Shown here: positions 44,214 to 55,725 of the stretch, one piece after another
How the letters are laid out: each line of letters begins with the position of its first letter
Position numbering within the stretch: the stretch's first letter is position 1
Source of the DNA: Blepharisma stoltei ATCC 30299
Lineage: Eukaryota > Protista > Ciliophora
Length of the DNA stretch: 64,000 nt
Reading direction: 5' to 3'
Assembly (NCBI GenBank): GCA_965603825.1
Contig: CBFDEM010000027.1
Location: forward strand, 716,131 to 780,130
Position numbers and translations under genes: made by a program
The notes under the pieces: model-generated
Seen by the model: only the letters and a program-made list of their open reading frames with translations
Databases searched by the model: none
What the model was told of the DNA's origin: nothing

Positions 44214-47200
44214 ATGAAATTGAAACTGTACCTTATTTTTTTATCTCCCCTGCTATTGAAGGCAATAAACTTTTTATGCAACCCTTCTCAATGTCCTCCT
44301 TCAAAAGTGATTTTTACATAGAGAGGAGATGGGATTTGTGACCCAGACTGTATGCATCCATACTGCAGCTTTGATTCATCCTCTGCAGAGCACCAAAAAT
44401 GAGACCCTGCACAATCCGATTGTTATGAAACATGCATTACCCATTACGGGTGTCCATCTTCTAGTCTTGGCAATGGAATTTGTGACCCCAACTGTAACTT
44501 TTTGGAGTGTGGCTACGACGCAGGCGACTGTGGTTATTGTGCTCCTTCATGTAATAGTTAATTTAGGCTTTCAAAAAGATCTAGGAACCGATTGTACTCA
44601 GGCTTGTAATGTGAAAGACTGTTATAATGATTATGGAGCCTGCTCTGACTGTGCGCCAGGGTGTTTAAGTTCTATGCTTGGGGATACAGTTTGTGATCCA
44701 GCTTGCAATGCAACATCTTGTAATTTTGATTTTGGGGATTGCAAAAGCAGCACATGGTGTGCTCCCATGTGTGAATTATGAATGATAGGAGATGGGAATT
44801 GTCAAGAGCAGTGCAACAACTTGGCTTGTGGATGAGATAATAGTGACTGTGACTGCGCTTTTGGCTGTCACTCTTATATGAGAAGTAATGGAGTTTGTGA
44901 CTCTGCATGTAATGAAGTAAACTGTAATTATGATTTTGGGGAGTGTGGAGACTGTGCATCAGGTTGCTGAAATGAGATGATTAACAATAAAGTTTGTGAT
45001 AAAGAGTGCAATATTTCTGATTGTAACTATGACGGGAGCGACTGTAGCTGTTTTCATACTTGTAGCACTGATGGGTATGGACTGTGCAATCCAGGCTGCA
45101 TGAAATCGGATTGTTTATATGATACAGTCAGCCCCTCTCAGCAATGCAATGACAATGATCTAATTTTATTCTCATTACACTATGGACTTATTATTAAAGA
45201 TTTAAATGCCGACATATCTCTCTTAAACTGCACCGATTCCAGCAACTGTCTTGCTGAAGAAGCTTTGGATAAAGATGCCTGCCATACTAACTGCAATAAT
45301 CAGAACTGCATTTATTCGTGAAGCAAATGCTCACAAGTCAGCTGCTACGATTCGAACTGTTTATCGTGCTTTTCATCTGATGCTGGAAGCTGTTTTCAAT
45401 GCAACTCTACAAAGCTCCAATTTTATGGGTACTGCCTTGATGCTTGTCCTGCTGGGTATTATTCTATTGATCTTTTAGACAATTATCCTGTTTGCTTAAT
45501 TGAGAAGGATAGTTCTAATTTTTATAATCAAACTGCTTACTATGTGACTTCGCAAGGCAACAGTGACACAAATGGTGGTAAAGGAACGCTTGAAAGTCCC
45601 TTTTCTTCGCTCTCAATTGCGCTTGCTACAATAAACACAAAATACTCAATTATATACCTATTAAACGGCGGAGTACACTGATTGGCCTGTGTTGATCCTT
45701 CATACCCTATATCGACCTTACTATCTGATTTATGTAATCCTTTACTGAGAAATTTCCAGCTCAAAAGTCTCTCAATTAAATCATATAACGGCTCTCCAGT
45801 TTTCTTGCAAACAAAGCCTGATTACAGCATATTAATGTTCACACTTACAAATGACGCTGTTTTCTCTATAGAAAATGTAGTTCTCAGCGGAAAAACCTTG
45901 CTTTCTTCTTGCACTGATGACGTTTACTGTTCATACTGCCCCAATATAACCCAATCTTCAGATGGGAATTTTTATACAGACCAAGGAGCTCTAGCTACTT
46001 CATATTTGCCTAAGTCATTTTGTGGTAGCTTCCATTCAAAAAATCTATTTTACCTCAATCAAGGTTCCACATTGAACTTAAAATTCGTAAATTTCACTGA
46101 TTGGAGAATGGAATTTAATTCTCTTATAACAAGCAATGGTGGAGATATCAATTTTCTCAGTGTAAATTTTGACAATATAAACGTTGCACCTTCTTTTCAA
46201 TGATCCCAAGTAAATGCGTCGGTGGTCTATTTTCTTGACTGCGGAGACAGTTATTATAACTGTGGAAGTTTTACCTGGAAAAATGGGTCTGTTGTTAGGC
46301 TAAATAACGGTTTTGAATTCTCCTCAAGTGCTCAGTTTTCTGGGTTCCTAAGTGCAGACAAAATAAAAACTGCAAGCTTAACAAGAGTCAATTTTAAAAA
46401 TAATATTGTGCTTTCCTGAGGCTATAATTGGCAGATAAGCGGCTCCCTGATCAAATTATCGGCATATAGATACTTTGAGGCCATATCTTGCAGTTTTATC
46501 CAAAATTCGGCTGCAAACGCCCTAATTACTTTGCAGCCAACAAAGCTTACATTTAGGCCAGATATAAACGATCAAAATGAGCTGATTGATTTGCTGTTTT
46601 ACCATATCTGGATATATGACACCGTTTTTATTTCAAACTGTGGCGTGAATGCAGGGATTTTGAATATCGCTTTTGAATCACAGCTTCAAAGGATTTTACT
46701 AGAAAATATAGTCGCCACTACTAATGGAATACAAAATGGGCCACTAATTTATATAAATAACTCGATTTTCAATTACCTATATGTTAACAACACAGTTGAA
46801 AATATTGCTTTGGCTGACGGAAGCATAATTCAGGCCAAAATGAAGAAAAGGGATTTTATTTTCAGAAACTCTATCATAAACTCCACATTTTCTGGCACAA
46901 CAGGAATCTATAGCATAAACAAGCTGGCAAATGTATATTTTTACAATATAACTGCAAATTGTAATGGTAGAAGCAGCACCCCTCAAGATGTCAATACCAT
47001 TTTCTGAAATAATTACGCTGCTGACCCTACAATATACTCAAAATCTCCAATTTGAGGTCTGCCAATTTTAAACTGCAACTCATTGTCGTCAGCCTCATCT
47101 TGCTATAATTACAGGATATCAGGCAGCCGCTTTAAAAGCAACTCCTGTTTGTACTCGAGCCCATCAATGATTTACATTAATACTCAAAACGTTAATATAA

Positions 47201-50200
47201 CAGAATGCATTTTTGAGAGAAATTCAGGAAACTCGTCACTAGGGATATGCATCGAGTTCACTGGGACTAATAAAATGAGGGTATCGAATTCCGAATTTTA
47301 TTATAATATTAATCTCAATTCGCAAGGATACGGGGTTATTAGTGCTACGGGGAGTGCTCAGAATTTGACGATTACTGACACAGTCATAGCAAGAAATTCT
47401 GCTAATTATGGCTCAGCTATCTATTTTGAAGGCTGGACTTTGTCAATTTCCAATGTCAGTTTTCAGTCAAATACAGCTTATTCAGGACTTGGGACTGTCC
47501 ATTATGCGGCTTATTCAGGGGTGAATAGCTCAATGATAAGAATCAAGAATTCGAAATTTGAAAAAAATAAAAGTTTGACTTTAAAAGGAGGGGCGGTCTA
47601 CATATCCAGCCAGTCTCAAAAGCAGTCAACAACTGGATTGTCGATCTTAAATACTTTATTCAACAACAACTCTGCACCAATAGGCTCTGCTGTATATATA
47701 GAAAATAATGTAGCGCTTACTTATATTTCTACAATTCAATTTTCTAATTTTACAAATAATGCTGCTTCAGTAAAGGGAACAATTGCAATTTATTTTCAAT
47801 TTGGTGTTTTAAATATTTCTGACTGCTTATTTGCCTCTAATTTTGCAAAGATGGGGTCTGCTGTATACTCAGTCCATGGCAGCGAAACTAATGCTTTGCT
47901 TTCGCGGGTCATTTTGTTTGCAAGCTATTTTGAAAATAACCAAGGTCTGGGAGTCATTGTGGGGGACGACATTACGATTTTTTCTTATTTTGAGACTGCT
48001 TCTTGTATTTTAACCCAAAACTCAGGTCCTGCGGTATATATGCTATTTGAGTACTGAAAAGATTATAACTCAACAATTAGGGATTCTTATTTATACCCAG
48101 GAGGGGCTGCATATATAAATACAAATTCAACAGCTGAATGCTCTATGACCAAGTTCTATAATAATACAAGCATAAATGGAGGAGTTCTCAAAGCTGAAGG
48201 CGAGTCTTTTTTTATTTGTGATAACTGCATTTTTGATGGGAATACTGCCCAGAACTCTGGTGGGGTGCTCTTTATGGACCAATCTGCAGAGTTTTCGATA
48301 TCAAACTCCATTTTTTCAAATAATGCTTGTGGAGACAAAGGCTCATCCATTTACGAAATAGGGGCAACTGAAAGGGCGAGCAAAATCACAAATTCAGTTT
48401 TTTATAATAATTATGCAGGGGATGAGAGCCTTATTTCCCTTCTCGAGTCCACCATTGAAATAATAAATTGTGACTTTTATAGCAACTTAGCAGGCCAAAC
48501 AACACCTGGGCTTTACTTTGCGCTTTCCCAAGGCTATATTTCCAATTCAAAATTCCATGACCACAAAAGCCTATCAGGGAGCTTTATCTATGTGACTGCC
48601 GAAAGCAATTTGACAGTTGAAAACTCAAGTTTTGAAGATTCTCAAAGTACAATCTCAGGTGGCGCTATATTTTGTATTGCAAGCTCTCTTTATATAAAGA
48701 ACTGCACCTTCACAAACTTGACTTCATCTGCAGGAAATGCAATAATGGCATCTTCATCTACAAAACTGTATATCTCGAAAAGCAAATTTTGAGATGTGCA
48801 TAGCTATTTTTCTGGAGCTGCTATTGATGCGCTTGGGTGTGAGATTTATATTGACCACTCTGCATTTGATAACTGTTCCTATACAGCTATATTGGGGGAT
48901 AATATGGATGCTCTCGTGGTTACAGAGACTTCGTTTACTAATGGAATGGGAATATTTGGTGGAGCCATTGGGTATACAAGAAGCCGATACTTGTTGATAA
49001 GCAGCTGCACTTTTGACAATAATTTTTCAATGGGCGGAGGAGGAGCACTATTTTTACTTTTAGCTGATTATGCAACAAATATTATTACAAACTCGAAATT
49101 TATCAACAATTTAGCAAACAATGGTGGAGCAATTCTTATGAATAGCTTAAATGCAGATATTACTGACTCTCTCTTTATAGGGAACTATGCAGCCACGAGT
49201 TCTGAATACCCTATCAGCACCCCAACAACAGGACTAGGAGGTGCACTGTATTTCGAGTGTCCTTCAATCCCGCTTTGTAACTGCAGTGTTTCTTCAAGTA
49301 ACTTTACTCAAAACATAGCCACCTATGGAGGTGGAGCAATAAGCTGAAGTGACGAGATGCCTCGATTCTCAAATAACTCGTTTTCCGGTAACCAAGCATT
49401 TTATGCTGATAATATTGGTTCATATGCAGTCAAATTGGTTGCTTTGAATTCAGACCTTTCAGTTCAAGAGTCTATAAAGTATGAGAATTTTACAATTATA
49501 ACGTCACTTGAAGGCATTGCGCCTGGACAAGCAATAGAGAAGCCTTTGATAATGGCGCTAATTGACCACTCCGGAGAATTTGTAGCTCTTGATAATTTTA
49601 GCCAAGCTGAATTAGTAGCTGATGATCTTGAAAGCGTCACAATTTCAGGCGACACAAAAAACACGGCCAAAGAAGGGATTTACAATTTTACGCTTTTCAT
49701 TATTTCTGGCGTTCCTGGGTCTAATTTTCTTATACAGGTCCACACAACAGGAATTGATACTACTAGAGAGCTGTGAGCCAATGATGGGCTGACCTATGAA
49801 ACTGTCCAGCATATAAATGTTACTTTAAGACAATGCATTATAGGGGAAGCTACTGTTGGAAACACCTGTTTTAGCTGCCCAAAAGGGTACTATAGCTTAA
49901 GCCCAGATAATAAAGAGTGCTTGTTATGCCCAGACCAAGCTATATGCTATGGTAATTATACTATGATCCCCAAGCCTGGGTACTGAAGATCCAGTATGTT
50001 TTCTGACAATTTTTGGTCCTGCCCAAACCCAGATGCATGCATTGGCTCAGACCCTTACAATATTTCTTACACAGGCAACTGTCTTGAAGGATATAAAGGA
50101 AACCTATGCCAAAGCTGCGATCGAGGCTATTCAAGACAAAGCAAGAACGAGTGTATTAAATGTCCTCCTTTAGGTGCAAATGTAGGAATAACAATAGCAC

Positions 50201-51606
50201 TTATGTTTTCTTTTCTTCTCCTTTGTTTATTTATTATTAAGGTGTCAAGGCGGTCAGTCTACAAGCCAGGATCGCTGCTCTCAGTCTATATCAAGATCTT
50301 TGTCAATTATATTCAGCTTATCATTATGACCACTACATTCAATTTTGCGTGACCTGACTATGTGAAAAGACTGTTTTCAGTCCAAAATAATGCAACCTTT
50401 GTGAGCGACCAAATTTTTTCTTTTGACTGTTTTTTGAGTAATGGGAAAGATTTGTTAGGAGGGACTGATATTTATTATCAGAAACTGCTGATATTAGCAA
50501 TTTTGCCTATATGCATTCCTATTTGTGCTTTGGTGCTTTGGCTTATAATTTGTTGAATAAAAAAAGATTTTCGCTATTTTTTTAGTAATGCTATTTCAAC
50601 CACAATTATCATTTTATTTCTGGTGCATCCGCCGCTTATTCGATTCTATTTCAGCTCTTATGAATGCAATGAAATTAATGCAGGAGAGTTTTGACTTGCG
50701 GATGATATGGAAATTAGGTGCTGGGATAAGAAGCATGTGTTTCATATTACTTTTGTGTCTCTCCCTTCGATTCTTTTGTGAGGAATAGGCATCCCAACAT
50801 TTTGCCTGATAAAAATTTGAAAAAACCGTCAGAGACTGCAAAGCCTTGAGGTTAAGCTGGTATATGGCTTTCTGCTTAATGGCTACAAGACTAGAAGCTA
50901 CTATTGAGAATTCGTAATTATTTATCGAAAAATTATCATTATCTGCTGCTCTGTTTTTTTATCTACTATTTCTGTCCATATTCAGGCCTTGACTACTATT
51001 TTTTTCCTTTTGTTCTGCCTATATCTTCAATTTGTTATTAAGCCATATAACGGAGAATCTCTAAACAGACTAGAAATGACCTCAATTGCTGTCTCTGCCT
51101 TAACAATGTACTGTGGGATGTATTATTTGACAGGCTCGCTAGACTCCTCTACACAATTTTTATTTTTTATTATTATAGTTGCAGCAAATTCTTATTTTAT
51201 TATATTTTGGTGTATCAAGGCAGGAGATGTGTGGTTGAGATGTATTTTTGAAAAAATCAAAGAAATTAGGAGGAGGCTTGCCAATCGAGTTGGGATAAAT
51301 TTTGATGAGTCAAAACTGCGCTCTCCTATGGGAAATGAAACTGGGTTGCCTCAATACTCAATAGTCTCCAACTCTATGCTTAAACCATATTTAAATCCTC
51401 AGAACTTTGACTTCAGCAAACTTAATATGACAAATCTATTTGTGGCGTCACTAAAAGAGAGAGTGCAATTTTCACCTTTAGAGGACGAAACGCCAAGAAA
51501 TAGTAACCAGAAATATAACTCTGAGCCAGTAATGCCAAGAATTTCACTGTCAGATTGCGAAATAACTTTTGAGAAAACAGAAGAAAATGGGATTGAAAGC
51601 CTTTAA
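44214..51606 (+). CDS. ~2450 aa surface protein: signal peptide, LNR (Lin-12/Notch-like) repeats, pectin-lyase-like/Pmp GGA[IL] beta-helix, Cys-rich region, multipass TM tail; two introns
   Basis: All main + ORFs from 44567 to 51606 share one frame joined by about 20 TGAs; [28 protein letters not shown]; FxxNxA..GGAI repeats; [19 protein letters not shown] motif. Confidence 0.88.
44307..44321 (+). other. 15-nt intron (gtgatttttacatag)
   Basis: Removes in-frame TAG, giving CPPSK-RGDGICD; A at -6. Confidence 0.88.
44551..44566 (+). other. 16-nt intron (gtaatagttaatttag)
   Basis: Explains the frame change between the LNR exon and the downstream frame (CAPS-C-FQKDLG); A at -6. Confidence 0.88.
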
Positions 51607-52029
51607 GTAATCCTCAGATTTGCAGTAAAGAAATGCAGTTTTGAGCCTAATTGACGCTTATTTTGGGAAATATCAAATTAATTTACTGATAATTTTTATC
51701 TTAAACGCTAAAGGCATAGGATTTTATGATGTGTTCTGGTTTGATCAAATTTATTTTGTTTAGTTGAGTATATCTAAGAATTCATAGCTCCCAAAGAAGA
51801 ATGAAAGCTATTTTCAAAAAGCTATTAATTTAATGTAAACAATTAGCTTATTTCTCATAATAATGGCAATCACATAGAATTTATCTAGCGTTTGCTCATT
51901 GCAAGACTAATGCTGTAGAGCATATATTTTTCAAAGCAATTTCCATAGTAATCTTTTTTATTAAATAGGAAATTTGGAATTGCAGAAATCTATCATATTC
52001 TAAATATTTTTTTTATTAAGAACCTTTCA

Positions 52030-52941
52030 TTAATTAATGAAAAAGTCAGGCATAAGCTCTTCGAGTGGGATATTAGGGTTCACATTGTATTTCTTTAGAT
52101 CGTGAGGCCCAACAACCTCATCATCAATAAAGAAATTTCCATTCGTTTGTTTATTGCAGCTCGTCATAATTATATAGGCAGCATCAGCCATTATGTCAAC
52201 TTTTCTGCTTCTTTGCATCATAGGCTCTCCACCCAATGCATGCTTTATAGCAGCAGTAGCCACTGCAGTTCTCGGCCATAGCGAATTTACTCCAATTTGT
52301 CCTTTCCATTCTTCACTTAGCCCTAGCGTGCATAAGCTCATTTGAAACTTCGATATCGTATATGCCAAATGTGGCGCAAACCATTTTGGATCCATATTAA
52401 GTGGTGCTGAAATGATCAAAATATGAGGGTTCTGTGCCTTCAACAAATGTGGGATACAATATTTGGAAAGCATGAAGGTGCCTCTTGCAATGATTTGGTT
52501 GATTAAATCAAAAGATTTTATGGTTGTGTCCAATGTAGGAGTGAGAGAAATATAGGAAGCATTGTTGATGAGAATGTCGATTCCGCCAAAGGTAGCAACT
52601 GTTTGCTCAACTGCAGATTTTACTTGGTCTTCAAATCTTATATCGCATTTTATAGGGAGAGCTCTTCCGCCTGCTTCTTCTATTTCTTTTGCTGCTGAAT
52701 AGATGGTTCCTTCTAATTTCTTGTGAGGCTCAGCAGTCTTAGCGAGGATTGCTATATTTGCTCCGTCTCTAGCAGCTTTTTTGGCAATTGCTAGACCAAT
52801 TCCTCTAGAAGCTCCAGAAATGACAATGGTCTTGCCTTTGAGGTTTCCAACGGTTTTGAACTCTTTGATGTCTGTATTTTTGAGAGTCCAGAAAAGAGGC
52901 TGGGCTGAGAGATGTCTATCTAGAAGTTCAATCCTCCTCAT
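52030..52941 (-). CDS. HSDL2: HSDL2-like short-chain dehydrogenase with N-terminal PTS2, no SCP2 domain
   Basis: SGASRGIG, AKTAEPHKKLEGTIY, INNAS, YTISK, NSLWPRT, GNFFIDDEV; RIELLDRHL matches the PTS2 consensus. Confidence 0.9.
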   Translation of the reverse strand: MRRIELLDRHLSAQPLFWTLKNTDIKEFKTVGNLKGKTIVISGASRGIGLAIAKKAARDGANIAILAKTAEPHKKLEGTIYSAAKEIEEAGGRALPIKCDIRFEDQVKSAVEQTVATFGGIDILINNASYISLTPTLDTTIKSFDLINQIIARGTFMLSKYCIPHLLKAQNPHILIISAPLNMDPKWFAPHLAYTISKFQMSLCTLGLSEEWKGQIGVNSLWPRTAVATAAIKHALGGEPMMQRSRKVDIMADAAYIIMTSCNKQTNGNFFIDDEVVGPHDLKKYNVNPNIPLEELMPDFFIN

Positions 52942-53098
52942 TATTTTTTATATTAATTTAATCTCTTTTTCGACAATTACTCAGAGGTCAACAAAAGAAT
53001 TTGTTTGCGCTACTTTTGATATATTAAAATTAATCAATAAAATATAAGGTCTCAAACTAATAGAATATTACTTTTATGAGAATTAAGAAATATAAATT

Positions 53099-53953
53099 AT
53101 GTGGAAAAACTTTAAGAGTATTGCTACAGAAGCTATAGAAGCTGCTCGTGACATCAGAGAGCACATAGTTGATGTCACTAGTGGAGATGTTATATCAGAA
53201 CCCCCAATTACAGTTGAAGAAGAACACGTCGCAGACACAGATATCGAAAACCCTTATAAGTTTCGAGCCATTCATGCTGAGCAGCAACTCGAAAAAGCAC
53301 TTTTAGAAAAATCCAAGTTCATAAAACAGCATGAAGACTTAAAAAAGGCATTCGAAGAAGAAAAATCCTTATGAGAGTCTGAAAAACAAAGTTTGACAGA
53401 AATCATCTGTTCTCAAGACATCGCTTTATCAAGCAAAGACCGAGAAATGGAATGACAGTCCCAGCACTATGAAAGCCAAATCCAAGAGCTCACTCGAGCT
53501 AAAAACAAAGCATTTCGTGAGCTAGAATCTTCTTCCTCCACAAATGCAAGTATAGAAAAGCTCGTTGAAGAAAAAAGTAAGCTAAAAGAAAAAATCGACC
53601 TTTATGAAGATACAATTGCCAAGCTTAAAAAAACAAATGATGATCTAAGAAACGACGTTTCTGACCTAAAATTGAAATGGGAGGATGAAAAAAAACTTGA
53701 TGATGATAGAATTAGTCGAGCCTTTTTTATACAGTTTTTATCTTCATTTAATAGAAATATTGGAGATTTTCAAGCGAGAAAAGATATGCTGGCAAGCTTA
53801 GTTGGGATACTGCAACTGACTAATGAAGAAAAAGAAATGCTTGGGATTGAAAATAAATCAAAACAAAAAATTCCAATAGAATCCACAGAAAGATTTGACA
53901 CTGATTTTTCTCTGTTAGACAAGTTTACAAGCTTTTTGTCTGGCAAACAGTAA
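53099..53953 (+). CDS. Short golgin-like coiled-coil protein with GRAB-like C-terminus (GMAP-210/Rud3-like)
   Basis: Two ORFs joined through TGAs; DMLASLVGILQLTNEEKEMLG...SLLDKFTSFL. Confidence 0.65.
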
Positions 53954-53975
53954 TTTAATTTGATCCTTAATTATT

Positions 53976-55364
53976 TTAATTTTCCTTTGATTTTTTTGCA
54001 CATGGCATATAAGGGTTATCTTCATGCTCTGGCTGCTCTAGATATTTTCTAAACACGATCATTAAGATTGGCATAAGTGCAGTCATCCCAGAGATCCAAG
54101 CCCACATTTTCCAGCATTCTCTTTCTCCATCATCAGGACAATAGCTATCAAGCAGAATCCCTGCTACAAGGCCAGCTACAATAACACTTAAAATTAACGG
54201 GGAGGCTGCAACAGCTAAGAAAACCCCTTCTCTTCCTTTTGGCGCTACTTGCAACGTATAATCAATAAGCCTTGGGGCGTATATTGCTTCTCCTAATGAG
54301 ACAAGGAAAATGAAAAACAAAACACTTCCATAGCTTGCCGCTATCATAAGAGGGATAAAAGCTATTGCAGAAAACAAGCTCCCAATCGCCAATAAGGTAT
54401 AAAAGTTGAAATAATATATAAGCATGGTAAATAAAGGGATTGCTATAATCATAAAAACTTTATGAACTGCCAACATATATCCAAAATGAGCGCCTTCTCC
54501 AATTTCTCTGTACATAAAAATCGGCAAAGTTACAAAAACATGTTTATAGACTGCTTTTACAATCACTAATAGTAGCGTTAAAATGAAAAATCTCCAGAAA
54601 CTCTTTAATGAAAGGGACTCTTTTGTATGCTCCCAGCCAGTTACTTCTTTGTGTAAAAGATCAATTTCTTCTTCTCCGTGATTCTCGTAATCAAGTTCTC
54701 TTAATTTCAGGGCTATAATTGCAGCGATAACATACTCAAAAAATCCTACTACAAATACCCACTTAAATGTCGCCACATTGGTATCTCCTAGAGATAATAT
54801 AAAATCAACTGTAGCTCCGCTCAAAGCAGCACCTGTAAAAATCGCCATATAAAAAATTGAGTATCCTAAACTTCTAACTGACTCCACAGTGTATTTTTTG
54901 ACAGCCAATTTTGCCGTTGGGAGCTGCAGAGAGAGAGCAATAGAGCAGAAAGTATAAATAATGAAAACTTGAGCATATCGGTTTTCAAATATAAATAGCA
55001 AAGCAAAATTGAGAATTCCGAAGGAATTTGCCAAAAGTAAAGATTTTTTGATCCCGTATCGGTCAATGTAATGTCCGAGTCCTATAGATACAAAAACGCC
55101 TGACACTCCGAAGCCGGCAATTAGAAATCCAGCATCTAGATCGCTGAAATCTAGGACCTCAGTGAAGTAAATTGACATGCTTAATACAATCATCGTTGCT
55201 GCACAATATGCAGTTAATTCAAAAGCATATAAGTATCATAAGTCTTTCGGGGATTTCATAAGCTCACGGAACGAGCTAGAATAAGCACGGAGACTGTCAA
55301 AAGCTGATGGCTTTGCTGGGATTAACGGAGATTTTTCTGTCAATAAAATTTGAGGTTTGTCCAT
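53976..55364 (-). CDS. MFS transporter (POT/PTR-like), ~462 aa
   Basis: ATG 55364 in frame via SPKDL-W(TGA); GHYIDRYGIKK MFS motif A; GYSIFY; SLGEAIYAP; about 12 TM segments. Confidence 0.88.
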
Positions 55365-55725
55365 TTATAAGATAGTTATTTTTAAACTGACAATATTGAC
55401 TACATTTTAGATATTGAGTAAAAATAATTATTAATTTGTGTTAAATCTGAAATGCTTGAAAGATTATATGTGTAGACACTAGAAACTGATATGGATACTC
55501 GGTTAGTTTACAGTACTGATTTAGGGAGCAATCCTGCCCAACTGCATACTCTTTATATAGCAAGCCATAAAATAGGTAAAAAGCAGTATTATTATAAATT
55601 TTGAAAATTCATATAAAACTTAAAATTCTGCTATCACTCCATGCATAATTATAGATTTGGGTATTTATACTCTAATTTTTTCTATTATTTTATATATTTG
55701 TGTTATCGAATTGACTTCGCTCTTC

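Noticed and set aside
55480-55560. GC-enriched intergenic patch with a GGGA-GCAA-TCCT hairpin
   Set aside because: Stem only 3-4 bp; no recognisable snRNA, snoRNA, SRP or tRNA motifs.
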